A stretch of DNA of 64,000 bases from a virus (IMGVR_UViG_3300030330_006525:1-64000); one strand, 5' to 3'; positions 19,313 to 28,162 are shown, counted from the first letter of the stretch. Translations and numbers: made by a program. Notes: generated from the sequence alone by a model not told the origin.

Positions 19313-19621
19313 TTACTTTAATTCTCTCAACCTTTCTTCAACCATTTGTGGTACAATGATTAAGAATCTATCTTTAATGGTTTCGTCTTGAATTGATTCT
19401 AAAATATCAGTCAATAATTCATTCAGCTCTCCGGAACTACCATCGCTTAAGCATGAGTTGGTTGCTTTTCTGATTCTTGGGTCACTTTTATAATTGTCCA
19501 TGTAACGACTCCATCTGATATTTAAATCATTTGAATCGTCATGATGTTGATGTTCTTCTTCATTGATATTTGAAAAGTTTTCTCTGATAAGTTGCTTTAA
19601 GGTTTCTCTATTTAATTTCAT
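19313..19621 (-). CDS. hypothetical protein with MKLNRETLKQLIRE leader
   Basis: Leader motif; upstream CTAGTTA motif. Confidence 0.65.
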   Translation of the reverse strand: MKLNRETLKQLIRENFSNINEEEHQHHDDSNDLNIRWSRYMDNYKSDPRIRKATNSCLSDGSSGELNELLTDILESIQDETIKDRFLIIVPQMVEERLRELK

Positions 19622-19642
19622 AATAATTACCTCTTAGAATAA

Positions 19643-20002
19643 CTAGTCTCTGTTATCCCAAATCCAAGCCCATCTTTTTCTATTCTCTAGATAATTTTCA
19701 TCATTATCGTTATCCCATGCTTCTTTTTCTGCACGGATACTTCGATAAGCTTCAGGTCCTGATTTACCTTTTATTGATGATACCATATAATCCCAGAGAT
19801 ATAAAGCTAAGAAACCAATCACACCAGTCTCAAGATACTGTTGAAAATGTATAGTTTCATGGCGTTTTGTCTCTTCTGACATTGTTCCACGCGAGAAGAC
19901 AAAAGGAAAAAGTGTAATAGCTTTAATATTGATTGGAGCTAACTTTGATAGCAATACAGGCAATTTGCTATTTTCAACCATTATAGGTTTGAGATTTTTC
20001 AT
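19643..20002 (-). CDS. small HExxH metallopeptidase-like protein
   Basis: AITLFPF..HETIHFQQ..EKEA. Confidence 0.75.
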   Translation of the reverse strand: MKNLKPIMVENSKLPVLLSKLAPINIKAITLFPFVFSRGTMSEETKRHETIHFQQYLETGVIGFLALYLWDYMVSSIKGKSGPEAYRSIRAEKEAWDNDNDENYLENRKRWAWIWDNRD

Positions 20003-20616
20003 ACATTATCCTTTTTTGCTTCTAAAATTACATATGGAATAATCTTTCTATTGATTAATGCTCCAGTTTGCCTGGTTTGACCGGCAATGTGAGCCAAACT
20101 TCCATCTTCTTGTCTTACTAATATTGGAGGTTCAACAGGCCAAGGAGTGCCATTTATTGAAGAATCAGATTTAAAAGCTTCAACCCATCTAGAATATGAC
20201 TCTATTTTTTTATATTTTTTGTTTTTAATTAAATCGCCCTTCTCTGCAAAATGATTAGCAATTATATCGTGGATTTCTTCTATGCTTTGGCCGTTCTCCA
20301 TCATTATGATAATGTCACGAACTTGATTGTGGTTATGAACTTCTTTCATTTCGGATAAAGATAATTTTTGAATTTTTGCAGAAGTTATAGCATCAATAAA
20401 TTCTTGTTCAGAATCTTCATTTAGAAAGGGATAATTGTTAAAGTTTTTAATATTTGGCCATCTTTCAGAAACTATATTAAACTTATAAGAACCAATAATT
20501 TCTTCTATGTATTCGTTCTTAATACTTTGCAGAGACCATGGAGAAACATCAGAATACGTGAAGTCGGGAAGACTTTCACGTATAAAGATTCTCCAATTTT
20601 CCATTATTCGTTTCAT
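19999..20616 (-). CDS. protein with MKRIMENWRIFIRE leader; possible ParB/Srx-like C-terminus
   Basis: Leader motif; PPILV..HIAGQTR weakly resembles the ParB GxxR motif. Confidence 0.65.
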   Translation of the reverse strand: MKRIMENWRIFIRESLPDFTYSDVSPWSLQSIKNEYIEEIIGSYKFNIVSERWPNIKNFNNYPFLNEDSEQEFIDAITSAKIQKLSLSEMKEVHNHNQVRDIIIMMENGQSIEEIHDIIANHFAEKGDLIKNKKYKKIESYSRWVEAFKSDSSINGTPWPVEPPILVRQEDGSLAHIAGQTRQTGALINRKIIPYVILEAKKDNV

Positions 20617-20621
20617 ATATG

Positions 20622-21413
20622 TTACTTCAAGATTTTTTCTAACACTTTCTCTGTTAACATATTGATGAATTCTTGATTGGTTTTGTTCTCTTGAGCAGCT
20701 GCTCTGCTAGCAGAACCTAATCTAGGATTCTGTCGAACTCGGCCACCAATTCTAGGGCGCTGTCGCTTTCTGAACGGCCTTCTAGCTGCCGGTCTTGGAG
20801 CAGTACTAGTCTTGACTGTAGGGTCTTCGTCATCTTGATTAGCCAAGCTTTGCTCAAGGTCGTTAGTACCTTGCATCGGAGCAGTTGGGTCCATTTCAGC
20901 TGTTGGTTCTGCAGGGCCTGGGCCGGAAACCTGTGCAGCTGTTGGTTCTCTTTCTGGTTGAGCTTGAGGAGCTGCTCCGCTATCAGGCTGCGCTTTTCCT
21001 GCTGCCATATCAGTGGCACGCTCAATAGCAGCACTTAAAGCATCCTGATATTCACTACTAGCTGCATTAATCGCCTGAATAGGTTCTTCGCCCAAACCTA
21101 AAGTTAGCGCATCGTTGGTAAAATCTTGTGTAAGAGCTTGAAAATTTTTTAGAGCAGTTGTAGCTCTAGATTTAAGCATTAATGCTTTTTTCTTGACTTG
21201 TGGGTCAGCACCTGTATATTGAACGTCAATATCTTTACTAACTTTGTCACCCAATTTAGCTGCACCTTGTTTAATCGCTGCGCCGGCAGAACCTGCAGTT
21301 CCAGAGATTCTAGCTTTTAGTCTATCTAAAAAACCTTCATCAAGTTCACCGTGTTCATTAATAACAGCCTCAATTTCTTCTTGAATAAATCTCTGCAAAT
21401 CCTGTTTTTTCAT
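20622..21413 (-). CDS. Ala/Pro-rich protein with MKKQDLQRFIQEE leader
   Basis: Leader and LDEG site. Confidence 0.7.
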   Translation of the reverse strand: MKKQDLQRFIQEEIEAVINEHGELDEGFLDRLKARISGTAGSAGAAIKQGAAKLGDKVSKDIDVQYTGADPQVKKKALMLKSRATTALKNFQALTQDFTNDALTLGLGEEPIQAINAASSEYQDALSAAIERATDMAAGKAQPDSGAAPQAQPEREPTAAQVSGPGPAEPTAEMDPTAPMQGTNDLEQSLANQDDEDPTVKTSTAPRPAARRPFRKRQRPRIGGRVRQNPRLGSASRAAAQENKTNQEFINMLTEKVLEKILK

Positions 21414-21910
21414 TGTGTTTCTCCTTGATTTTGTGAATCATTTTGCATATTTTTAGCCATTCTTTTTGCTGTTTGTTGTAAAATTCCAAAAGTTTCACCT
21501 CTATGAAGGTCACCGGTTCCGGCGGTTTGTATTAAGAGTTCTAGAAAATTTTGTAATACTTTTACTTCTGCAGCTTCAAATTCTTTAAAAACTTCCTCTC
21601 CATCTGTATATAGTTCCTTAAAAAACAAAAGTAATTGTTGAACATTCTTAGCGCCACCATCCTGGCTTTGTTTTATATTTGTTGATTGCTCTTGTTCTTT
21701 TTTAAGTTGGGGTTTCCAAGCATCACCAACCTTTCCTTTCTTGTCATAGTCGTCTGGCTTTCTGCCGGCGCGGCCTTTGGTAGGACCTTTTGTTCTGACA
21801 GGATAAGATTTTTCTTTTTCTGGTGGTGTTGGATCAGGAAGTGCTGAGCGAGGGTCTTTAATACTTCGACCTTTATTTCTCTCATTTAATTTTTTAATCT
21901 TTATTTTCAT
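21410..21910 (-). CDS. hypothetical protein
   Basis: 166 aa, MKIKIKKLNE start. Confidence 0.65.
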   Translation of the reverse strand: MKIKIKKLNERNKGRSIKDPRSALPDPTPPEKEKSYPVRTKGPTKGRAGRKPDDYDKKGKVGDAWKPQLKKEQEQSTNIKQSQDGGAKNVQQLLLFFKELYTDGEEVFKEFEAAEVKVLQNFLELLIQTAGTGDLHRGETFGILQQTAKRMAKNMQNDSQNQGETQ

Positions 21911-22371
21911 TTAGAAATCCTCTTTAATTTGCTTTTAATGCTTCCAAGTTTCAAATCATTTGACATATTTACAACTTTTTTAGCAGCTTTTTCAATATCA
22001 CTATCTTCTGAAAATCTAGGTAGATTATTCATAGCTTGTGTCGATAACTTAATAATTAGTTCTGCAAAATCATCTTTTTCCATGTTAGCAGCTAATTTTA
22101 GCTTGACTTTATCTTGTTTTATAAATTTAATGATATTTTCGTAGATCTTATCAGTAATAATCATATCATGGTCAGGATTTTTCTTGTCCAAACCCAATTC
22201 ATCAGATACTGAAATATCGCCTGAAGATGGTTCACTTGCTGATGCTTGTGATGTTGCACCACCAAAAGCAGCCGCGCCTGCAAGAATATAAGGTAGAACT
22301 TTTTCCTTGAAACCTTCTTCAAGTTGAGATTCTAACTTATACTGTCTCCAGTTTTCCATTATAAGTTTCAT
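21907..22371 (-). CDS. protein with MKLIMENWRQY leader and a hydrophobic segment after LEEG
   Basis: Leader motif; LEEG followed by VLPYILAGAAAFGG. Confidence 0.7.
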   Translation of the reverse strand: MKLIMENWRQYKLESQLEEGFKEKVLPYILAGAAAFGGATSQASASEPSSGDISVSDELGLDKKNPDHDMIITDKIYENIIKFIKQDKVKLKLAANMEKDDFAELIIKLSTQAMNNLPRFSEDSDIEKAAKKVVNMSNDLKLGSIKSKLKRISK

Positions 22372-22373
22372 TC

Positions 22374-22613
22374 TTACTTTTCACCATCGACAAGAAAGTA
22401 ATCGCGAGCTTTATTAAGGTAATCGGCAGCAATGGTAAGTTTGCTCATCCACCAACTAGGCAATTCAATTTGTCCCTCGGGTGCGCTGTCTAAACCTTGA
22501 AGAATCTCTTGCGCATCTTCGATAATGGTGATAAGCTTGCGGCGAGCAGAAGGGACGTCATCATGCCCGTCTTCGTTCAAAAATTTTTCCCAATTTTCCA
22601 TTAAATTCTTCAT
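22374..22613 (-). CDS. phage protein with MKNLMENWEKFLNE leader (start corrected to 22613)
   Basis: GAGG RBS before ATG 22613; LPSWWMSKLTIAADYL module. Confidence 0.75.
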   Translation of the reverse strand: MKNLMENWEKFLNEDGHDDVPSARRKLITIIEDAQEILQGLDSAPEGQIELPSWWMSKLTIAADYLNKARDYFLVDGEK

Positions 22614-22819
22614 GTTAATACCTCTTACATAATAAGTAGCCGACGACAGGGTTAAAACCTCGCGAAAGCGCCCAAATTTTTTTTGCAAATTTTTTTCATA
22701 CTAATCATTTAACAACCACCAAGTTACAGCCATGACTCCCACACAAGCAAGAACACACAATCCAAAAAATCCAAAATACTCGATAATCTCAAGATTAGTC
22801 TCCATTATAAAATGTCTCC

Positions 22820-23182
22820 TTAGTTTAAATCAACATTTGCCATGAGAAAGACCAGGATTTTATTGATTCCTACACGCTGCTTAACAACGAGGCCCCGCTC
22901 CATTTGAAATGCGATAGGTAGATTCGGTATATCGTGCCACACACCCTTAACCCAAGGCTCTCTAGAATCAACCCAGATAATGTTATTATCTAGATTAGCT
23001 TGTTTAGTTAAACGTTCCAGCTTAAGTGATTCTTCTTGCCAAGGGTCAACCAGCACAATATAAACCGGTTGTGACCGCGAGATTTGACGTTTGACGCTAG
23101 TTTCGCCGCTATAAAGGGTAGGGGCAGCACCAAGCAGTAAAACGGCTAAGAAAGGCAGTAATCTTAAAAAACATTGTTTCAT
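22820..23182 (-). CDS. secreted protein, possibly a degenerate thioredoxin fold
   Basis: Signal peptide; GGAGG RBS. Confidence 0.6.
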   Translation of the reverse strand: MKQCFLRLLPFLAVLLLGAAPTLYSGETSVKRQISRSQPVYIVLVDPWQEESLKLERLTKQANLDNNIIWVDSREPWVKGVWHDIPNLPIAFQMERGLVVKQRVGINKILVFLMANVDLN

Positions 23183-23266
23183 TGTAAACCTCCCGGTATA
23201 GAGTAAGTATATGCTCTAAAACCGGGGAAAGCTCAAATATTTAAAATGTAGACTGATATTATAGGT

Positions 23267-23608
23267 TTATAGTCTGTATACGTTGCTAGCACGCAAAAGC
23301 GCTTGAATTGCATCTTCAATATGTTTACCGGCCTTCTCTGCAGAGATTGGATTATCTTCAGGCAATAGCTCTCTTACTTCTTTTGCTAGCTTGAATGCTT
23401 CGCTAATCTTATCGTCGATGGTGCCACGGACGCCTTTGAAACCACTGGATGCCCCGGATATGTCCGGACCACCTCCACCATATGCAGCTGGATTGCGCCC
23501 TCTGGCACTTTCTGTATTGATGTTTTCTTCCTGTAGCATCTCGGCCAATTCTTTCTTGATCATTTCTTTGAGTGTCATCTTTTTATTCTCCTGTAGATTT
23601 TTTTTCAT
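23267..23608 (-). CDS. hypothetical protein with LKEMIKKELAE leader
   Basis: GAGGAG RBS; CTAATTA motif at 23641-23647. Confidence 0.65.
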   Translation of the reverse strand: MKKNLQENKKMTLKEMIKKELAEMLQEENINTESARGRNPAAYGGGGPDISGASSGFKGVRGTIDDKISEAFKLAKEVRELLPEDNPISAEKAGKHIEDAIQALLRASNVYRL

Positions 23609-23708
23609 GGGTTTTTTTTGGCTCCTCTACTTTTCTATTTTAATTAGCCTTCCCGATTTTTAAAATCTGGCAAAATTTCTTGGAGCTACATCGCGAGTGT
23701 ATCTGGCC

Positions 23709-23766
23709 CACCTACATCCACCTACATGTAGGAACCTGTATTCCGGTGTGGGAGGGGGGAGGGGGG
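23709..23766. repeat. CACCTACAT direct repeat, CCTACATGTAGG palindrome (23721-23732) and G-tract (23750-23766)
   Basis: Read directly from sequence. Confidence 0.85.
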
Positions 23767-24011
23767 TGTCCCATATGTCGTTAAAAAAACCTCCTTTCAT
23801 TACATGTCTTACCGATACTTACATGTCTTATTAATGCTTACCTTTGTATACGTGTCGTTTAATGTATTTATTTTATTACTCTCGACCACTTTCTGCTACT
23901 GGTGGGGAAATGTAGGTATGGTAGGTAAAAGAATACCCCTGACCACATTGTAGCCAAGGGTATTGAAAGGTGGGACAGTGCGTACACTGTGGGATAATGT
24001 GGGATGGGCGC

Positions 24012-24197
24012 CTACATGTTCGCGATTAGCTCGCGAACGTTGCCGCGAAGGTCGGCAGTTGGCACCCACTCTTGGCGACCGTTCGCCCATTGTACGAGCG
24101 ATTCCTGGCCGCCTCTGCGGAACTTAAAAAGAAGCCCGTTTTTGTGGGCATGGTTAACGGTTGCGACGGACTGAACAAATAGGCCTTTGCGCTGCAT
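24012..24197 (-). CDS. small early protein
   Basis: Downstream of promoter 24233-24261; GAGGAAAGG RBS. Confidence 0.6.
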   Translation of the reverse strand: MQRKGLFVQSVATVNHAHKNGLLFKFRRGGQESLVQWANGRQEWVPTADLRGNVRELIANM

Positions 24198-24232
24198 AGG
24201 TTTTTTAACCTTTCCTCATTGTTTGTATATAC

Positions 24233-24261
24233 ATTATATCAAAAGGATTTTAGAAAGTCAA
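24233..24261 (-). promoter_or_regulatory. sigma70-type early promoter
   Basis: TTGACT-17-TATAAT. Confidence 0.8.
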
Positions 24262-24530
24262 GAATAAAATTGAGATAATTTGATTATTTTTGCTTTTCTT
24301 TCCTCGTCTACATTTTGAATCAAAAGACAGAATCTTGACGCTAAAGCCTTTGCTTTGCTAACGGTTGGCGCTTCCCCCGTTAATATTCTGTCATCGCCTA
24401 CTGTATCGATCACCATATAGAGCGCGTCCGGTTCACTATCGTTAAGTAATTGAACACAAAGCAAATAATCGCCCCAGTGTGCCCACTCTCCAAAAACGCC
24501 CGGTATACCACTTTCTGACCATTCAAGCAT
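24258..24530 (-). CDS. hypothetical early protein
   Basis: 90-aa ORF. Confidence 0.55.
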   Translation of the reverse strand: MLEWSESGIPGVFGEWAHWGDYLLCVQLLNDSEPDALYMVIDTVGDDRILTGEAPTVSKAKALASRFCLLIQNVDEERKAKIIKLSQFYS

Positions 24531-24725
24531 AAGTTAATTAGTTAACGCCGTGTTAAAATCCTAACGCCTATGTATTAAATCTATTAGCTAATATCAATAG
24601 CTAACAAAACTAATAAAAGGCATTTACCACAAATTCACACCATTTAACACATGTTTACCGCTTCTTGCCCTTTCTCGTCTTTGACCATGCTGATTTGAGC
24701 TTATTTGTCTTTGTGCGTCTTGTCA

Positions 24726-25010
24726 TTAGTTAGCAGCCCCCGCATTAGGTGCGAGGACATCAGCAAATTGTCGAGCGTATCCGACATGTTTTGATGTGGT
24801 CATACTTTGATAACCCCATTCGCCATTGGCTGAATAATCACGGAGCACTTTAACTGTCCGCCCCTTTGCCTCTGCGGTGTCTCCAATTAAGAGCGCGTAA
24901 CTATACAACCGTTGACCATCTGTCCAAAACTGGCCGCCGCTATTTGATGCCGCTTGGCCATAGCTCCAACAGTCGGCAACCTCTCTTGTGGTTACTTTCT
25001 TTAAACGCAT
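24726..25010 (-). CDS. early protein (start corrected to ATG 25010)
   Basis: The track's TTG start is the -35 box of its own promoter; YSY..IG..SMTTSKHV motif. Confidence 0.7.
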   Translation of the reverse strand: MRLKKVTTREVADCWSYGQAASNSGGQFWTDGQRLYSYALLIGDTAEAKGRTVKVLRDYSANGEWGYQSMTTSKHVGYARQFADVLAPNAGAAN

Positions 25011-25047
25011 ATTTAAAAGCCCTTTCGCTTTCCTCGATTGTGTATAT

Positions 25048-25076
25048 ACTATAGCACTGTTTCTTTCTGGTGTCAA
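25048..25076 (-). promoter_or_regulatory. sigma70-type early promoter
   Basis: TTGACA-17-TATAGT with extended TG. Confidence 0.85.
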
Positions 25077-25232
25077 CAGTTTTCTTCAGTATCTTTTATA
25101 TTTTCTTTCTTTTCACTCTCGACCACAAATTGAATCTCATTTTCAGTTGTGCGATACATTGAGAACTTTTGATTCTTTGTGGCCATTCTGCGCCGCAATT
25201 GCGGACGCTCAAAACCGCTATTCCATTTCATA

Positions 25233-25520
25233 TTATTTGCTCTCCTTATAGCTCAATTGGTCTTTGTTCTCTTCAATGAATGCCCGCAAAACTCCGGTAT
25301 CAACAAGCTCTAGCAAGAGCTTTTCCCACTGTGCAGCGTAAAGCGTAACAGGGAATCGAGCTTGCAAACCGTAAACCGAAACCGCCCCCTTTTGTGATAC
25401 CTTCACACGCAACCGGTTTTTGTTCTTTGCCTTTAGTTCCTTTAGGCGCTGGGCCATTGCCTCAAGCTCTGCGATCTCGTTCATCTCGTCAAGAATAGAT
25501 TGTGCGTTTGCGTTGCTCAT
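25233..25520 (-). CDS. small conserved protein (KVSQKGAVSVYGL..FPVTLY..QW)
   Basis: Motif recalled from an uncharacterised bacterial/phage family; own promoter upstream. Confidence 0.75.
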   Translation of the reverse strand: MSNANAQSILDEMNEIAELEAMAQRLKELKAKNKNRLRVKVSQKGAVSVYGLQARFPVTLYAAQWEKLLLELVDTGVLRAFIEENKDQLSYKESK

Positions 25521-25588
25521 CTTGTGCCCCTTTCAATGGGTCTTTAGTTTGTGAGGCTTGACACCGTGTCAACCTCGATTGTGTATAT

Positions 25589-25617
25589 ACTATAACACGG
25601 GTATTTTATAAAGTCAA
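25589..25617 (-). promoter_or_regulatory. sigma70-type early promoter
   Basis: TTGACT-17-TATAGT. Confidence 0.8.
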
Positions 25618-25635
25618 TACTTTTCTTAAAAAAAA

Positions 25636-25827
25636 TTAAAAAAGTTCTGGTATGTTTTCTGAATCGAAATCATCAAGCGCACATTCACGCAGGAGCGCGG
25701 TTGATTCGTCATCGTAACAAGCACCGCCCCTAAACTCGATAAACTCTACAAGCTCACGGCGTGTCATACGCTCGATATGCTCACGGGTTACTGTTCGGTT
25801 CTGACAATTTAAACCTTCTAAAATCAT
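25636..25827 (-). CDS. small helical early protein (paralog of 27759-27959)
   Basis: MTRRELVEFIEFRG..LRECALDDF. Confidence 0.65.
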   Translation of the reverse strand: MILEGLNCQNRTVTREHIERMTRRELVEFIEFRGGACYDDESTALLRECALDDFDSENIPELF

Positions 25828-25862
25828 TTTGCGATCCCTTCGCTTTCCTTTATTGTGTAACT

Positions 25863-25891
25863 ACTATAACACGGGTATTTTATAATGTCAA
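25863..25891 (-). promoter_or_regulatory. sigma70-type early promoter
   Basis: TTGACA-17-TATAGT; spacer nearly identical to the 25589 promoter. Confidence 0.85.
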
Positions 25892-25911
25892 CAAAAAAAA
25901 TGAAAAAAAAT

Positions 25912-26130
25912 TCAATCAAAATCAATGTCATGAATAGGGTTTCCCCACTGGCACAAAAACTGATCAATGCGCTCTTGGCTCAAGTTCTTGTGGTCTGCCT
26001 TGCCTGCCTCGAAAAACTCGACAAGATGAGCGGGTACACCTAAACTCTCGGCGGTTCCCTGAAGCCAACCGGCGGTATGACAGACACCAAGCTCCCAAGC
26101 ATCATCTTCGTGTGCAACGTGAAATTTCAT
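25912..26130 (-). CDS. small early protein (start corrected)
   Basis: The track's TTG start is the -35 box. Confidence 0.6.
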   Translation of the reverse strand: MKFHVAHEDDAWELGVCHTAGWLQGTAESLGVPAHLVEFFEAGKADHKNLSQERIDQFLCQWGNPIHDIDFD

Positions 26131-26164
26131 AATGTTTTCGCCTTTCATCCTCAATTGTGAATAC

Positions 26165-26193
26165 AATATAGCACGCTTTCTTGGTGCTGTCAA
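26165..26193 (-). promoter_or_regulatory. sigma70-type early promoter
   Basis: TTGACA-17-TATATT. Confidence 0.8.
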
Positions 26194-26200
26194 GCATTAT

Positions 26201-26467
26201 TTAACGCTTGCGACGATTTATTTTGAGCCTGCGCCCTTTTACCTCTTCAATACTGATAATCTCAAACCCAAACCTAACCATGCGGGCCAATGGTGCCCGG
26301 TTCCGCTTTGCTAAGCGCTCTAGCGCCCAATTGTTGGCCCAATCCTCCTTGCTAGGATCTCTAAGCCATGCCGCTGTCTCTGGTAGGACATTTGAGATCA
26401 TAAAGCTGTCTTTCATGATCTCTTCGTCGTTTTTGACTCTGCGATATTCAATTTTAAAGTTTGCCAT
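26201..26467 (-). CDS. small early protein
   Basis: 88 aa; AAGGA RBS; own promoter. Confidence 0.65.
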   Translation of the reverse strand: MANFKIEYRRVKNDEEIMKDSFMISNVLPETAAWLRDPSKEDWANNWALERLAKRNRAPLARMVRFGFEIISIEEVKGRRLKINRRKR

Positions 26468-26502
26468 CGATGATTTTTCCTTTTGTTCTTACTTATAAAT
26501 AG

Positions 26503-26531
26503 AATATAGCACGCCTTTCTTATGCTGTCAA
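26503..26531 (-). promoter_or_regulatory. sigma70-type early promoter
   Basis: TTGACA-17-TATATT; near copy of the 26165 promoter. Confidence 0.8.
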
Positions 26532-26589
26532 GCATTATTTGAAGAAAAAAACAAAAAAAATTTGCGGCGAAAAACCGCCCCAAAATCCG

Positions 26590-26822
26590 AGGGCTCCCAA
26601 CTTCCCCCGGGTGAACATAGCCTTAACGCTTACGCAACCACAAGCGGACCCGCTTTCTGGCCTATGCTCCCCACAAGATATCACAACACCAAGCGCTTGG
26701 CCGGTCATTTAAGCCAAGACGGGCGCGAACCTAGCCCGTTTTACTCTTTGCCATAGGCTCCACCCCGTCGAATGGCTCCCAGTGTTGGCAAGTTACACAA
26801 GAGCGGCGTACTAATAGCCCAC
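26590..26822 (-). ncRNA. candidate structured ncRNA of unknown family
   Basis: GC-rich intergenic block with at least six helices found by eye, followed by a GC hairpin and U-run. Confidence 0.5.
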
Positions 26823-26839
26823 CTGATATCGTTCTATGT

Positions 26840-27058
26840 CTAACCGTTCAATGCCTTGCGAGCATCCACGCCGGTTAAAACGTGTTTTGTCCCATCCTTC
26901 ATGATGATATGGGAACAAACAAAGCCCGGTCTCCGCTGTTCAAGACCAATAGCCTTGATATGGTGCGGAGCAATACCGTGCTCAATCTCGAAAGCAATCT
27001 GCCTGCTCAATTGCTGGCTCAATCGCAACATCTCTGCTCTTTTTTCTTGGATTGTCAT
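26840..27058 (-). CDS. small early protein
   Basis: 72 aa, downstream of promoter 27152-27180. Confidence 0.6.
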   Translation of the reverse strand: MTIQEKRAEMLRLSQQLSRQIAFEIEHGIAPHHIKAIGLEQRRPGFVCSHIIMKDGTKHVLTGVDARKALNG

Positions 27059-27151
27059 TTTTCTCTGCGCTTTCTTTTTTCTTGGATGTTCTCTTGTTCA
27101 TCCTGATTATTGTTGCTAGGTCCCACATTTTTTTTCCTTCATCGTGTATAT

Positions 27152-27180
27152 ACTATCGCACGTTTTTTTGTTGGCGTCAA
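27152..27180 (-). promoter_or_regulatory. sigma70-type early promoter
   Basis: TTGACG-17-GATAGT with extended TG and upstream T-tract. Confidence 0.65.
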
Positions 27181-27416
27181 GAAAAAAATAACATTTTTTC
27201 AAAAAAAAGAATTAATCCAATAAATTCTGAGACTTAGCCACCTTGTAAATCAAAACCAATTCCACAACCTTTAACGAGATATAAATACAGCTGAATAGCA
27301 GAAAGAAAAACATCATCAAAATAACCCCACAATCTTATGTCCAATGTTTACAACGCCATCGACACCTACAGCATCGCCCAAGATAAAAAAGAAAATACCC
27401 ATCAAAACGTATTGCA

Positions 27417-27683
27417 TTATTTAATCACTTTCATATTGTGCCAGTGAACATGCATATGTTCACCTTCCATTGTTAATACTCTAAACACATTACCCTCTTC
27501 AATACCCGGCTTTTGTTTCTTTGTAGTCTCACCAATTACAATACCGTGTTGCCCGTGGCCACGTATCCTCAAAGGGTCATCATTACGAACCGCTAGATCA
27601 TCCCATATCTGAATTAAATCGCCCGGTATTGGTAAGTGCGGTTGCAGAGGTTTTGGCATTTGCTGTCCTTTCGTTTTCCCCAA
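27417..27683 (-). CDS. small SH3/KOW-like protein (PGDLI family member)
   Basis: PGDLIQ..HGIVI..VFRVL..MKVI. Confidence 0.6.
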   Translation of the reverse strand: MGKTKGQQMPKPLQPHLPIPGDLIQIWDDLAVRNDDPLRIRGHGQHGIVIGETTKKQKPGIEEGNVFRVLTMEGEHMHVHWHNMKVIK

Positions 27684-27758
27684 TTTCTTTATACATCATA
27701 GCACAAAAAAAATTTCGCGCAAGAAAAAAATGCGTTTTTTCTAATGTTTTTTATTTCC

Positions 27759-27959
27759 TCAAAGATTCTCGGTATTTACACTTTCATCCAAGTCATCATT
27801 AAAAAAATCCTCAAGAGCTAGATATTGTAAATCTTCCATATTATCATGAGGATTAGGATCTAAACCCCTTGAATCTAAAAAGATACAAAGCTCGCTATAG
27901 GTCATAGCTAAAATCTCTCTCTCGTCAATCCGCACATTACCCGTTGTATACTTATTCAA
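27759..27959 (-). CDS. small helical protein (paralog of 25636-25827)
   Basis: MTYSELCIFLDSRG..LQYLALEDF. Confidence 0.6.
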   Translation of the reverse strand: MNKYTTGNVRIDEREILAMTYSELCIFLDSRGLDPNPHDNMEDLQYLALEDFFNDDLDESVNTENL

Positions 27960-27961
27960 TT

Positions 27962-28162
27962 TTAATCCTTTAAATCAAATTCTGATAATACAATTGTTCT
28001 CGCTGGTAGTTTTGCCATATCGTGTTTCTTCCTAATGAAATGCTTTGCCTGTTTAAGTGAGATACCCAAACTCGATGATATTCTACCTGACCATAAAAAC
28101 CCGTTGTCCTCGTTATCAAACCTATAATACCAAATGTTAGACTTCATTAGATAACCCTCCAT
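27962..28162 (-). CDS. hypothetical protein
   Basis: GGAGG RBS before internal MKSN start. Confidence 0.55.
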   Translation of the reverse strand: MEGYLMKSNIWYYRFDNEDNGFLWSGRISSSLGISLKQAKHFIRKKHDMAKLPARTIVLSEFDLKD

